Under the pieces are notes generated by a model. The model had not been told where the DNA came from, did no database searches, and saw nothing but the letters and a program-made list of their open reading frames with translations. This document shows, piece by piece, positions 36,863 through 47,590 of a stretch of 64,000 bases of DNA; position 1 is the stretch's first letter, and every line of letters starts with the position of its first letter. Both the position numbers and the translations under genes were made by a program. The stretch is from Planctomycetota bacterium. GTDB lineage: Bacteria; Planctomycetota; MHYJ01; JACQXL01. The stretch is from contig JAZDMB010000012.1 of assembly GCA_043801445.1 (NCBI GenBank), positions 714 through 64,713 on the forward strand, given 5' to 3'.

Positions 36863-37078
36863 ATGTCAAAAGAAGAACCTATTAGAACAGAAGGGATAGT
36901 GTTAGAAGCATTGCCTAATGCCATGTTTAAAGTTGAATTAAAAAATAAACATGTGATTTTAGCACATGTTGCTGGTAAACTCAGAATGCATTTTATTAAA
37001 ATTCTATCGGGTGATAGAGTAACTGTAGAAATTTCTCCTTATGACCTTTCTAAAGGAAGAATTGTGTATAGAGGTTAA
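36863..37078 (+). CDS. infA: translation initiation factor IF-1
   Basis: 'G.V.E.LPNAMF.VEL.N.H.ILAH..GK.R...I.IL.GD.V.VE.SPYDL.KGRI.YR'. Confidence 0.95.
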   Translation: MSKEEPIRTEGIVLEALPNAMFKVELKNKHVILAHVAGKLRMHFIKILSGDRVTVEISPYDLSKGRIVYRG

Positions 37079-37081
37079 AAT

Positions 37082-37198
37082 ATGAAAGTCCGTGCTTCCG
37101 TTAAGCGAATTTGCGAGAACTGTCAGATAATTATAAGAAAAAAAGTGGTTCGAGTTATTTGCTCTAATCCACGACATAAACAACGTCAAGGAAAATAA
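37082..37198 (+). CDS. rpmJ: 50S ribosomal protein L36
   Basis: Not in the ORF track (38 aa). My translation is [38 protein letters not shown]. Canonical position between infA and rpsM. Confidence 0.93.
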   Translation: MKVRASVKRICENCQIIIRKKVVRVICSNPRHKQRQGK

Positions 37199-37245
37199 CT
37201 AAATACTTATCTGCTGAGATATATTTTGAAAGGGGATTCTAATTT

Positions 37246-37629
37246 ATGGCACGTATTGCTGGAGTTGAATTGCCTGCGAATAAAAGAGTTGAAGTTGGTC
37301 TAATGTATATTTATGGCATTGGCTTAACATCTTCTCGTAAAATACTAAAGGAAATCGGTATTGATGAAAATATCCAGATAAAAAATCTAACGGAAGAACA
37401 AATCAGTAAACTTAATAACGTTATAGATAAACACTATACCGTTGAAGGAGCATTACGCCGACAGATTGCTCAAAATATTCAAAGATTAAAAAGTATAAGC
37501 TCTTATAGAGGTTACAGGCATCGTAAAGGATTACCAGTAAGAGGACAACGAACAAGGTCGAATGCAAGAACGCGTAAAGGTCCTCGTAAAACGGTTGCCG
37601 GCAGAAAAATCGCAGCAGAAAAAACATAA
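37246..37629 (+). CDS. rpsM: 30S ribosomal protein S13
   Basis: 'MARIAGV.LP..KR....L..IYGIG' and '[18 protein letters not shown]'. Confidence 0.95.
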   Translation: MARIAGVELPANKRVEVGLMYIYGIGLTSSRKILKEIGIDENIQIKNLTEEQISKLNNVIDKHYTVEGALRRQIAQNIQRLKSISSYRGYRHRKGLPVRGQRTRSNARTRKGPRKTVAGRKIAAEKT

Positions 37630-37669
37630 AAATTATTTAATGTCTTAAAATAAGAAAGAAGTTAGAAGT

Positions 37670-38125
37670 ATGGGAACTCAAAAAGCTAAGGTGATAGAAG
37701 CAATACCGTCTGATAAAACCACTAAAGAAAAACCAGTATCAACAACACCTAAACCAGCTAAGAAAAAAATAAAAAGAACTGTCACCAAAGCTATTGCCCA
37801 TATAAAAGCAACATTTAATAATACGATTATTTCTATTACTGACGAGAAGGGTTGTGTACTCTGCTGTGCTTCAGGAGGAACAATAGGGTTTAAGGGATCT
37901 CGTAAAAGCACTCCATTTGCAGCGCAGAAAGCAGCTGAAAGTTTAGTTGATAAGGCTCGCAAATTCGGTATTAAAGAAGTAGAGGTCAGGGTTAAAGGTC
38001 CTGGTTCTGGTCGTGAATCAGCTATTAGAGCACTGCAAGCTGCGGGTCTGCATGTGACAACTATTGAAGATGTAACACCATTACCGCATAATGGTTGCCG
38101 CCCTCGTAAAAAACGTCGTGTTTAA
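37670..38125 (+). CDS. rpsK: 30S ribosomal protein S11 (with ~30-aa N-terminal extension)
   Basis: '[16 protein letters not shown]......[19 protein letters not shown]' and 'D.TP.PHNGCRP.K.RR'. Confidence 0.95.
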   Translation: MGTQKAKVIEAIPSDKTTKEKPVSTTPKPAKKKIKRTVTKAIAHIKATFNNTIISITDEKGCVLCCASGGTIGFKGSRKSTPFAAQKAAESLVDKARKFGIKEVEVRVKGPGSGRESAIRALQAAGLHVTTIEDVTPLPHNGCRPRKKRRV

Positions 38126-38180
38126 TCTTGATATATATAACTAAATTTAACTGATTAATCACAGAGGAGAAAATAATTTA

Positions 38181-38813
38181 ATGGCAAAATTAAAACAAGC
38201 AAAATGTAGAATCTGCCGACGGGAAAAAGTGAAGTTATTTCTACGTGGCAAAAGATGCGAAACAGTCCGCTGTGCCGTTGAGCGTCGTCCCCAACTTCCC
38301 GGTCAACACGGTGTAAAGAAAAGAAGATCACGCCTTACAGATTATGGCCTGCATCTTAGAGAAAAACAAAAGATTAAACGAATATATGGCATAGGAGAAC
38401 GTCAATTTAAAAACTATTTCCAAAAAGCACAGCAGCAAACAGGTAATACAGGAGAAAACTTATTAGTCTTATTAGAAACACGATTGGATAACATTCTTTA
38501 TAACGCTGGCTGGGCGACATCTAGAGTACAGGGAAGACAATTCATAACGCATGGACATATTGTAGTTAATAACGAAAGAGTTAATATCCCCTCTTTTAAT
38601 GTTAAAGCCGGAAATATAATTACACCCAACAAACACGAATCTAGTCAAAAATTAGTAGCAAGTTGGCGGGATATTGCTAAAAAAGAACAGATACCAAGCT
38701 GGTTAAAAACAAAGGAAGGTGTTCAACAAATAGAAGTTATTCAATTACCTAAACGAATTGATATTGCTGTTCCAATTAATGAACAGTTAATTGTAGAATT
38801 TGCTTCCAGATAA
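38181..38813 (+). CDS. rpsD: 30S ribosomal protein S4
   Basis: 'CR.CRRE..KLFL.G.RC', 'Y...LREKQK.K..YG..E.QF', and S4 domain 'RLDN.....G.A.SR..ARQ...HGHI.VN'. Confidence 0.95.
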   Translation: MAKLKQAKCRICRREKVKLFLRGKRCETVRCAVERRPQLPGQHGVKKRRSRLTDYGLHLREKQKIKRIYGIGERQFKNYFQKAQQQTGNTGENLLVLLETRLDNILYNAGWATSRVQGRQFITHGHIVVNNERVNIPSFNVKAGNIITPNKHESSQKLVASWRDIAKKEQIPSWLKTKEGVQQIEVIQLPKRIDIAVPINEQLIVEFASR

Positions 38814-38831
38814 AAATGTAGGAGGTATTTT

Positions 38832-39857
38832 ATGAGGGCAAAATGGCGAGAATTTGAGATGCCCGCGCGAGTAATTCAAGATGAAAAAACTTGCAGTGGC
38901 TCATATGGACTGTTTATAGCAGAACCATTTGAACGAGGATTTGCTAATACTATTGGAAACGGTTTGAGACGAGTTCTTCTCAGCTCTATCGAAGGTTGCG
39001 CACCTATTTCAGCGAAAATTAAAGGAGTTGAGCATGAATTCTCTACAATGGATGACGTTTTAGAAGATGTCGTTGAAATAATCTTGAATCTGAAAAAACT
39101 TGTTATTCATATCAAGTCCAGCGGAAATGAACCAAAAAAATTATACATGGAAGTAAAACACAAAGGACCTGTAACTGCTGCTGATTTTAAGCCAGACCCA
39201 ACAATAGAAATTATTAACCCAGAATTACATATTGCTACTTTAGTAGAGGAACGGGAATTTATCGTTGAAGTAACCGTGCAAAAAGGTCGCGGCTATGTCT
39301 CCAGCGAAGAACATATCTCTTCTGAAGAAAACCATGAAATAGGTGTTATATTGATGGATTCTATATTTTCACCTGTTACACGTGTCAGCTACCGAGTAGA
39401 AAGTACACGTTTAGGTAAACGTACTGATTACGAACGGTTAATCATAGAGATATGGACCAATGGTTCTGTTACTCCTGAAATGGCTTTGGTAGAAGCGTCT
39501 AAAATATATCGTAAACATCTTAATCCATTCATTTATTATTATGAGTTAGGTAAAGAGATGCAGGTGGATGACCGTAAGGAAAAAGAAGCAATTAAAAAGG
39601 AAGAATATCTTGCAGCGCTTAAGCATAAACTTTCCTTATCTTTATCAGAACTAGACCTTTCTACTCGCGCTACCCGTTGTCTTAGCAAACAAAAAATCCA
39701 GACTATTAAAGATTTAATCATATGCTCTGAAATGGATTTACTTAAGATACCAAATTTCGGCAAGACTTCACTAAAAGAAATTAAGAAGAAATTATCTGAA
39801 GGAATGGGCTTAACATTAGGAATGGATATCTCTACTATTTTAGCAGAGAGCGAGTAG
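38832..39857 (+). CDS. rpoA: DNA-directed RNA polymerase alpha subunit
   Basis: N-terminal domain 'EP.ERGF..T.GN.LRR.LLSS..G' and C-terminal domain 'L.LS.R..NCL....I.TI.DL......L..I.N.GK.SL.EI...L'. Confidence 0.95.
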   Translation: MRAKWREFEMPARVIQDEKTCSGSYGLFIAEPFERGFANTIGNGLRRVLLSSIEGCAPISAKIKGVEHEFSTMDDVLEDVVEIILNLKKLVIHIKSSGNEPKKLYMEVKHKGPVTAADFKPDPTIEIINPELHIATLVEEREFIVEVTVQKGRGYVSSEEHISSEENHEIGVILMDSIFSPVTRVSYRVESTRLGKRTDYERLIIEIWTNGSVTPEMALVEASKIYRKHLNPFIYYYELGKEMQVDDRKEKEAIKKEEYLAALKHKLSLSLSELDLSTRATRCLSKQKIQTIKDLIICSEMDLLKIPNFGKTSLKEIKKKLSEGMGLTLGMDISTILAESE

Positions 39858-39902
39858 TTCACAATTGTCATTAGTTTGAGAATGCGAAGGGAGAATCTCT
39901 AA

Positions 39903-40442
39903 ATGAGACATGCTAGAAAATGGCGTAAATTAGGACGTCCCAGTACACAGTATAAATTATTAGGAAGAAATCTTGTTGCCAGCCTGTTTAAGCATGAACG
40001 TATTATAACAACCGAGCAAAAAGCAAAAGAATTTAGAAGTATGGCTGAAAAACTTATTACCATGGCAAAAAAAACATCGCTTCATCATATCAGATTGGTA
40101 CTCTCAAGATTACAAGATAAGGATATGACCAATAAACTTTTTAAAGAAATAGCACCACGGTTTCAAGATCGACCAGGTGGTTATACACGAATTATCAAAT
40201 TAGGTGGTTCCCGATGGGAGAAAGTTAAAAAACCAGGCCGTTTTGCATGGAATAGACTCGGCGATAATGGTAGTCGGGTAATATGGGAGTTGGTAGTAAA
40301 AAAGGAACCTGAAAAACCACAAAAAAAAGGTAAAGGTAAGGAAAAAACTGAAGATAAAACCAAGATTGAAACTGAAGAAAAAACTAAAACTACAACGAAA
40401 ACTAAAGAACCGATAAACACCACTTCAGATACAAAAAAGTAG
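39903..40442 (+). CDS. rplQ: 50S ribosomal protein L17 (with K/E/T-rich C-terminal extension)
   Basis: 'MRH.....KLGR...........L...L...E.I.TT..KAKE.R...EKLIT.AK' and 'GGYTRI.KLG.R'. About 50 extra low-complexity residues. Confidence 0.93.
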   Translation: MRHARKWRKLGRPSTQYKLLGRNLVASLFKHERIITTEQKAKEFRSMAEKLITMAKKTSLHHIRLVLSRLQDKDMTNKLFKEIAPRFQDRPGGYTRIIKLGGSRWEKVKKPGRFAWNRLGDNGSRVIWELVVKKEPEKPQKKGKGKEKTEDKTKIETEEKTKTTTKTKEPINTTSDTKK

Positions 40443-40515
40443 CCACTCCACTTAATTCATGGTGGATATCATATATAAATTTCATAGTGTTAGATTCTGA
40501 AGTTTAAGCTAAACA

Positions 40516-40935
40516 ATGATAGATTGCATTTTTTGTAAGATAGTTGAAGGTAAAATATCATCTAACAAAATATTTGAAGACAAGCATAATATTGCCATAT
40601 TTGATATCAACCCCATTGCCAAAGCACATACCCTTTTTATAACCAAAGAACATTATCCTAATTTACTTGATGTCCCTGCGGGAAAAATACCATTGCTTTT
40701 TGTCAATCTTCCCCGTTTAGTTTCTACCATTCTTAAAGCAACCGGTTGCGAGGGATTTAATATTGTGCAAAATAATCAACGTTGTGCCGGACAGTTAATC
40801 CCTCATTTACATTTACATATTATCCCGCGCCGACCAGGCGACCAAATTAATTTCAATTGGTGTCCCCAACCTTATCAAAAAGACGAGATGACAAAACTTG
40901 CTAAAATTATCAGTAAGGAACTTAATGGAAAATGA
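40516..40935 (+). CDS. HIT-family (histidine triad) hydrolase
   Basis: 'C.FCKI..G......I.ED' and the triad 'HLHLHIIPR'. Confidence 0.9.
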   Translation: MIDCIFCKIVEGKISSNKIFEDKHNIAIFDINPIAKAHTLFITKEHYPNLLDVPAGKIPLLFVNLPRLVSTILKATGCEGFNIVQNNQRCAGQLIPHLHLHIIPRRPGDQINFNWCPQPYQKDEMTKLAKIISKELNGK

Positions 40936-42413
40936 ATAAACATTACGAAATCCGTTTAGATAAACTCGCAAAACTAAAAGAATTAGGTGTTAATCCCTTT
41001 GCTTACGAATTCAAACAAAATACTCCAATTAAAACAATCATAACTAATTTTCGTGATGATAGTACAGAACCACAAATAACCTCAACAGCTGGACGGATTA
41101 TCTCTATCCGCGGACATGGGAAAGTCACCTTCTTGGATATACGCGACATGACCGATAAAATCCAACTCTACATCAAAAAAGACAAAATCAGCGAACTACA
41201 ATATCAAATATTTGAACTACTTGATATCGGTGATATTATCGGTGTAAAAGGTCCATTGTTCAAGACTAAAACAGGTGAAATTACTATCATTGTAGAAGAA
41301 CTCACTTTATTAACCAAATCACTCTTACCTCTACCTGAAAAATGGCACGGGCTACAAGACGTAAACCTGCGTTATCGCCAGCGGTATTTAGACCTTCTCT
41401 CAAATTCTGATGTTCAGAAAACATTTATCATACGCAGTTCCATTATCCAATCAATCCGCCAATATCTTGATGAACATGGATTTATTGAAGTGGAAACACC
41501 GATGATGCACCCTATTCCAGGTGGTGCCACAGCTAAACCTTTCATTACCCATCATAATACCCTTGATATGGATTTATATCTCCGTATTGCTCCTGAATTG
41601 TATCTTAAACGACTCCTAGTCGGTGGATTAGAACGCGTCTATGAAATCAACCGCAACTTCCGCAATGAAGGAATATCTGTCCATCATAACCCTGAATTTA
41701 CTATGGTAGAAGCCTATCAGGCATATGCTGATTATAATGATATGATGAATTTAACAGAAGGTATTATTACCACTACTGCAAAAAAAATACATCCATCATT
41801 GAAAATAACCTATGGTTCGAAAAATTCCTGTCTTTCCCATCCCGAATCCGTTCTGGATGAAAAAGAACAATTAGACCTAACTCCACCCTGGCAAAGAAAA
41901 TCATATATGGAACTATTCAAACAATACTGCCAGATAGACTGGCATAACCAAAAAGAAGTAGTCGCCAAAGCTAAATCATCAAATATTCCCACAGATAAAA
42001 AACATTATGAATCCATTGCTGGTGATTTATTTGAGAAGTATGTAGAACCTAATCTCGTTGGACCGATATTCGTTACGGATTATCCTCTTGCTATCTGCCC
42101 ATTAGCCAAAGCAAAAAGGAATAATTCTGAATTAGCCGAACGATTTGAACTATTCATTGCCCGGATGGAGATTGCCAATGCCTTCAGCGAATTAAACAAC
42201 CCTTTAGACCAAAAAGAACGATTTGAGACACAACTAAAAAGCAAGGCAGAAGGAATGGTATCTATTGACGATGATTATATAAATGCCCTCTTACACGGAA
42301 TGCCACCAGCTGGAGGTCTAGGTATCGGTATTGACCGTCTGGTAATGATTCTTACCAACAACCCTTCGATCCGTGATGTTATCCTATTCCCTACACTTCG
42401 TCTTGTAGAATAA
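40932..42413 (+). CDS. lysS: lysyl-tRNA synthetase (class II)
   Basis: OB anticodon-binding domain plus class II motifs ('FIEVETPMM', 'YEINRNFRNEG.S..HNPEFTM.E.Y.AY.DY', 'GMPP.GGLGIGIDRLVM'). Confidence 0.95.
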   Translation: MNKHYEIRLDKLAKLKELGVNPFAYEFKQNTPIKTIITNFRDDSTEPQITSTAGRIISIRGHGKVTFLDIRDMTDKIQLYIKKDKISELQYQIFELLDIGDIIGVKGPLFKTKTGEITIIVEELTLLTKSLLPLPEKWHGLQDVNLRYRQRYLDLLSNSDVQKTFIIRSSIIQSIRQYLDEHGFIEVETPMMHPIPGGATAKPFITHHNTLDMDLYLRIAPELYLKRLLVGGLERVYEINRNFRNEGISVHHNPEFTMVEAYQAYADYNDMMNLTEGIITTTAKKIHPSLKITYGSKNSCLSHPESVLDEKEQLDLTPPWQRKSYMELFKQYCQIDWHNQKEVVAKAKSSNIPTDKKHYESIAGDLFEKYVEPNLVGPIFVTDYPLAICPLAKAKRNNSELAERFELFIARMEIANAFSELNNPLDQKERFETQLKSKAEGMVSIDDDYINALLHGMPPAGGLGIGIDRLVMILTNNPSIRDVILFPTLRLVE

Positions 42414-42456
42414 AAAAAGCATCACGCATAAAATTATTGTAGGTATTAACCAGAAG

Positions 42457-45042
42457 TTATCTAATCTTTTCCTCGAGAATTTTCACACTTTTAACAGCTA
42501 ATTCCCATTGTTTACTTAGATGTGCATAGCCAAATATGCCTATAAGATACGTAGTATCTTTGGTATTTCCGAACAAATTACCCTTAATTGGAATCGTTCC
42601 ACAAAGGACATCATCTATGAAACAACGAAATTCCGTTAGACGTTCCTTCGATACACCCAGTTCCAGTGTTATTTTAAAATCTTCTGCAGGGGTAATCTGT
42701 TTCTGAAAAGATAACCATTCGACTGGCGGTGCATCTGGTTTATCAGAAAATCCATAAACAAATTGTTGCTTGTTACGAGCAATAAAAAAAGAATTGTCTT
42801 TTGATGAATTAGAGAGATGAATTCCACCAATAGTATCACTTGCCAAATCAATCTTTATTCTTGCTTCCAATTTAATAAAAGATACTTTGGAAACTGTTTT
42901 TTCAATAACAGTTAATCCTGTTTCGTTCAATGATTGAACGCCTTTAAATAAACACTGTTTATTAATAATGGCAATTTCAACACCATATTTTTCCGTTTCA
43001 GTCCAACCGCGCCCAAGAACATTGCTGTCAATTCTTTCAAAATTATCCAACCAAATAGACTGATTAGAAGCTCGGCTAATACTTTCTAAACTATCACGCG
43101 CATAAGCATTAGCATTCGATTTATCTATAGAAATAGACTCTTCTAATCTTTTTATGGCTGGTTCCACATTAAGTTCAGTATAATCAATATAAGCCAATAA
43201 ATTAAGGGAAGGAGCATAATTCTTAAGGCGATTATTTTCAGTTAATATTTTCCTTGCTTGTTTTATATCACCATTCCCCACAAAAGTAAGAGCCAAATTA
43301 AAATCATCCATCCCACTTATCAGATTAGAAGGCATCTGATTTAAGTAGGCTTTATAATACTGAATAGCCTGTTTATAATCTTTTTGATAAAGTGAAATCA
43401 TCGACAGATAGTAAAGTGTTTCGGTAAATGATGGTAAATTTGTCAGACACCATGTAAAGTTTTGCTGGGCATCTTGAAAATTCTGCTGACTAAAATATAA
43501 TTGCCCCATCACATAATGAGCAGCAAAACTATCCGGCATCATCTTAAGTGCGGAATTAAATAAAACCAATGCTTCATCTGTCTTATTATTTATCCATTTA
43601 AGATAACCTAATCCAATAAAAGATACTTCATCAGTAGGATTCAGGTTGCCATATCCATTAAATAGCATCTCAGCCTCAGGATAAAGATTTGCTGCAATAT
43701 AAAGAAAACCTAAATTATTCCATGCTGAAGTACAATCAGGCTTATTCGATATAGATTTAATGAAATACTGGCTGGCTTTAGAGTAATCGGCATCTAGAAC
43801 AAAAAGCATCCCCAAAATATTCATGGTATGAGCAGATATATCTGGCCGTTCCGCAATCTTTAAAAGAATCTCTCGCGCTTTACCTAAATTACCCCGCTGA
43901 TACTCCATTAATCCAAGTCCTTCAAAAACTTTTACTTCTGCCGGGCTAAGACCTTTTAATCGTTCATATATCTTTAATGCCGAATCGTAATCACGAGTCA
44001 AACAATATAGATTAGCTAAGTTAAACAATGCTTCAACATAATTGGAGTTGACGCCTACAGATTTTTCGTACGAATCTAAAGCTTCCCCGAATAATCTTAA
44101 TGTTTCGTAAGCCTCACCTAATCTGAAATAAATTACTTCCTTATTAACCAGGTCTGATTGAAGTGCTTTTTGATAAAGAGCAAATCCATTATCAAAGTCT
44201 TTTTTCTCAAGATAATAATCAGCAAGTTTAAGATAGAATTTAAGTTCATGATTATTAATTTTAATGGCATTTTGTAATGCCATAGCTGCCTTATCTTCTA
44301 ACCCTTTTTCAAAACACCACGCTGACAATCTCCACCAAGAATGAGCATCATCAACAGAAATCTTTTTCAGTTCAATTTCGTATAATTCATCGTTAGTATA
44401 AGTACGTTTTATATCTGTTAGATTCTGTCTTTTGTAACTAGCAACAGTATTACGCCCAGCCGGAACAAACCATATCACATCGTTATCTTCACCTATATAC
44501 TTACCTCTTACCTCTGTTCCATTTTGTAAAATAAGTACGTCTTCATCTATCAATGGTTCAGAAGTAGAAGTTTTCTTATCAGGAGAAGAATTCAGATTTC
44601 GATTCGTTTCAGCAATAAGTGTCTTCAGTGTTTCGGCAGTTGGCAAAGAACTTATAGCAGGTGAACTAAGCTTTATAGAATTATCATAAGAGTAATTTTT
44701 ACCAGTTTGTACTTTTAAATTACCTTTATCACTATAACAACTATCAGGAAAAGGTTTAAATCCGACCAAAGTAAATTGTCTCTGTATTGGTTCAGGCAAG
44801 GAAAGATCAATGAAATTTCCGCCTTTTTGAGTTTGAGAAACAAATGGGTTCCTACCAGTGTTCAGTCGAACAGCAGAAGAAATAGATTCTTTAGGCGGCA
44901 TGCCATAATAGGTTCGTGGTTTCTGATTTAATATCCATTCTTCTGATGTTTCATTTTTCTCGAAAACTAACATCCATAAAATCAGCCCTAAAAATATGAT
45001 GGCTATGATAATAATAAATTTTTCTTTAGTTAACCCAAACAT
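42457..45042 (-). CDS. membrane-anchored TPR-repeat protein with C-terminal jelly-roll-like domain
   Basis: N-terminal TM helix (FIIIIAIIFLGLILWMLVF), about 10 TPR units, and a beta-rich C-terminal ~200 aa. The ATG at 45042 is preceded by a G-rich SD (AGGGGGGGG); the track start at 45069 overlaps the upstream gene. Confidence 0.8.
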   Translation of the reverse strand: MFGLTKEKFIIIIAIIFLGLILWMLVFEKNETSEEWILNQKPRTYYGMPPKESISSAVRLNTGRNPFVSQTQKGGNFIDLSLPEPIQRQFTLVGFKPFPDSCYSDKGNLKVQTGKNYSYDNSIKLSSPAISSLPTAETLKTLIAETNRNLNSSPDKKTSTSEPLIDEDVLILQNGTEVRGKYIGEDNDVIWFVPAGRNTVASYKRQNLTDIKRTYTNDELYEIELKKISVDDAHSWWRLSAWCFEKGLEDKAAMALQNAIKINNHELKFYLKLADYYLEKKDFDNGFALYQKALQSDLVNKEVIYFRLGEAYETLRLFGEALDSYEKSVGVNSNYVEALFNLANLYCLTRDYDSALKIYERLKGLSPAEVKVFEGLGLMEYQRGNLGKAREILLKIAERPDISAHTMNILGMLFVLDADYSKASQYFIKSISNKPDCTSAWNNLGFLYIAANLYPEAEMLFNGYGNLNPTDEVSFIGLGYLKWINNKTDEALVLFNSALKMMPDSFAAHYVMGQLYFSQQNFQDAQQNFTWCLTNLPSFTETLYYLSMISLYQKDYKQAIQYYKAYLNQMPSNLISGMDDFNLALTFVGNGDIKQARKILTENNRLKNYAPSLNLLAYIDYTELNVEPAIKRLEESISIDKSNANAYARDSLESISRASNQSIWLDNFERIDSNVLGRGWTETEKYGVEIAIINKQCLFKGVQSLNETGLTVIEKTVSKVSFIKLEARIKIDLASDTIGGIHLSNSSKDNSFFIARNKQQFVYGFSDKPDAPPVEWLSFQKQITPAEDFKITLELGVSKERLTEFRCFIDDVLCGTIPIKGNLFGNTKDTTYLIGIFGYAHLSKQWELAVKSVKILEEKIR

Positions 45043-45052
45043 AATCCCCCCC

Positions 45053-45844
45053 CTATTTAGCAGGTACATCTGCTAATTTAACACCAGCAATAATTAAAGT
45101 AGCCGTAATGTTATCCGAATCAGGATTTGCATTTTCTATAATTGCTTTCTCTAAAGCAATGAATCTTTCAGCATTTCGAAGCAGATTAATAAATTTCATT
45201 ATCGAATCGAAACTCCCATTTATTTTGATGAAAACTAAATTTTTAGTGCCTAAGTTAGTCTTGATTACTGTTTCTTTGATATCCTTGAACTCCTTAAAAT
45301 CGCTTTCGGTAGCACCAAAAGATATTACTTTTTGACAATTACACTCCATCGCTAAATTTACTAATTGTTCAATCATGTCCAATTTTTCATAGTATAAAGA
45401 AATCTTATCAGAAGATGCATTAGTTAGTGGAAACTCAAATTTAGAAGGTATCGGAATACCTTTTTGCGCGGCTTTTTTTTCCATCCGCTTCTGAGCCTCT
45501 TTCACTAATGTTTGGAAATTTAAGATTAACTCACCTGGTTGTTTATTAATGTCCGGTAATTGATAACCGGCTAATGACTTGAATTTTATTTTATTCTTCA
45601 ATGTGGAATATCTACTTTCCATAAATTTCAATTCTTCTTCGGCATTCTGGATGCTCTTCTCGGCGATAAAATCTCCCTTTTTCACTTTATTCTCTATATC
45701 AAGACGAATCTTAGATTGTTCTTGCTTTAATCTAAGGATTTCCTGTTGATTTGGAATAATAAACAAATAATATCCACCAAGCACTAAAATTAAGGTGCCT
45801 ATAATCAATAACACAAATTTCTTTTCTTTAATTAACCAATACAT
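45053..45844 (-). CDS. PilO-like type IV pilus assembly protein
   Basis: Single N-terminal TM helix, a coiled coil, then an alpha/beta C-terminal domain. Positioned directly after a PilM/PilN-like gene. Weak assignment, from architecture and context. Confidence 0.6.
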   Translation of the reverse strand: MYWLIKEKKFVLLIIGTLILVLGGYYLFIIPNQQEILRLKQEQSKIRLDIENKVKKGDFIAEKSIQNAEEELKFMESRYSTLKNKIKFKSLAGYQLPDINKQPGELILNFQTLVKEAQKRMEKKAAQKGIPIPSKFEFPLTNASSDKISLYYEKLDMIEQLVNLAMECNCQKVISFGATESDFKEFKDIKETVIKTNLGTKNLVFIKINGSFDSIMKFINLLRNAERFIALEKAIIENANPDSDNITATLIIAGVKLADVPAK

Positions 45845-45846
45845 AA

Positions 45847-47535
45847 TTATTTAGTGTTTATAATTTTATCTTTTGTTCTGATGACTATTTCAAATTCTTT
45901 TTTTCCTCGCGGTGTAGCTTTGGGAGTATCAAGTCTTTTCAGGGAAGCCTCAATCGACAAATAATCATTGTTTTGATTCAGCTCATCCACAAAACCTTTT
46001 AGTTTTTCCAAACTAGGAGGATTATCATCCTCCAGATATCCGTTAATCGAAATTTCCTTTAAGTCCTCCGAATCAACACCTTTTGGCGTTTGACGTAAAT
46101 CACGTGTAAGAGTTAGTTGAGAAATCCATGCTTCAGAAGAAAGATATTGAGCTATTAATCTCACCGTCACGTCTAACAAATTTGTCGCCTGTGTAATATT
46201 ACTCAGTTTTTGATAATTATTCTCTATTGACTTTTTACGGTCCTGCAATTCGCTGACACGCTTTAGCGTATTAATAAATTTTTGTTGCTCAGATTTCATA
46301 CGCTTCATGTTTTCCGCTTCTTGACTGCTATAACCATAGATATTTACTATCCAAATAATCATCCCTACCAGTATCATAATTCCAGATGCAATTAAGGGAA
46401 TGGTAGCTTTATAAAAAGCTCTTTTCTTTTTCAGATGCGGTGGTAAAAAAGAAATATGTGTGTTTTTATCATGTGATGTCCCGCTTAATGCTAATCCCAG
46501 TGCTACGGAAAAATCACAAGCAAACTCTGGAATTTTCTGCTTGGTTTCCGAAGAAACGCTATCCAATCTGATATTCTTAAAAGGCTCAAAAACTTCCACA
46601 TGTTTATTCAACATTTCACCTAAATATCCGGCTAATCCCTTCAGTCTTGCACTACCACCGGAAATCAAGATACGATCAGGCGATAATTTTTCTATTTTTA
46701 ATTGTGCTAAAGCAAAAGATATAGCTGATTCTATAGCTGACTGAAATTGTCCGACACCGCTACGAAGTGCCTCTTGTAATAATTGGTCTTCGCCGGTTAT
46801 TTTCGTCTCACGTGGTAAAATCTTAGCGTGACTTGTTTTTAATGATTCAGCCTGTTCTTGTGAAATACCAAGTCTATTATGAATAGCCTCTGTTAAATCC
46901 TGTCCCCCAACAGCAATATTGCGAGCAAAGATTAAGTTAGCACCTTGATGTATAACTATTTCCGTATTGACCAACCCAAAATCAGCTAATAATACCGTTT
47001 CTGTCGGCAGCACTATCTCATTTTTTCTCAAAGTATGAGATAACGCTATTGCATTTGGAGAGATATCCTCTACTCTAATACCGCATCTCGTTAGTCTTTT
47101 TATCTCCTCATCAATAAAAGTATTTTTAGCCATTCCAACCAATACAGGGATTTCCGGATAGCTTTTATCAGCAAGATTTAACTTGCAATAATCAGAATAA
47201 AGATTTTCGCCGCTTTTCCCGCCAAGTTGCACCAATTCGTACCCTATCATTTTCTCGAAACGGATTGCCGATTGAATCGGCGGCATCTGAATAATCCGTA
47301 AGTTAATATCCTTTCCGGTCACCCCGATAATACATTCCGATGGAATTAATTTATTCTCGCTAAAAATGCGTTGGAACTGCACTCTTAGAATCTGATTCAT
47401 TCTTGGACTATATTTAGCCTGAAGCGGTAGCATATTTCTTACTTTTGCAATACCAACCAGTTTGAAACCGCCCAATGACGATATTATCTGGATAATTTTT
47501 ATGTATGAATGACCTATATCAATACCAGTCCACAT
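45847..47535 (-). CDS. PilM-like actin-fold ATPase fused to a PilN-like TM/coiled-coil module
   Basis: 'GIDIG...IK' start and actin-like phosphate motifs ('LLADFGLVNTEIVI', 'ILISGGSARLKGL'), then a TM helix (IPLIASGIMILVGMIIWIV) and a coiled coil. SD AAGAGG. Confidence 0.75.
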   Translation of the reverse strand: MWTGIDIGHSYIKIIQIISSLGGFKLVGIAKVRNMLPLQAKYSPRMNQILRVQFQRIFSENKLIPSECIIGVTGKDINLRIIQMPPIQSAIRFEKMIGYELVQLGGKSGENLYSDYCKLNLADKSYPEIPVLVGMAKNTFIDEEIKRLTRCGIRVEDISPNAIALSHTLRKNEIVLPTETVLLADFGLVNTEIVIHQGANLIFARNIAVGGQDLTEAIHNRLGISQEQAESLKTSHAKILPRETKITGEDQLLQEALRSGVGQFQSAIESAISFALAQLKIEKLSPDRILISGGSARLKGLAGYLGEMLNKHVEVFEPFKNIRLDSVSSETKQKIPEFACDFSVALGLALSGTSHDKNTHISFLPPHLKKKRAFYKATIPLIASGIMILVGMIIWIVNIYGYSSQEAENMKRMKSEQQKFINTLKRVSELQDRKKSIENNYQKLSNITQATNLLDVTVRLIAQYLSSEAWISQLTLTRDLRQTPKGVDSEDLKEISINGYLEDDNPPSLEKLKGFVDELNQNNDYLSIEASLKRLDTPKATPRGKKEFEIVIRTKDKIINTK

Positions 47536-47590
47536 AATCAGTTACCTCTTAAGTTTTTCAGAAGCCCTATTAATTTAATTCCCCTTATTA

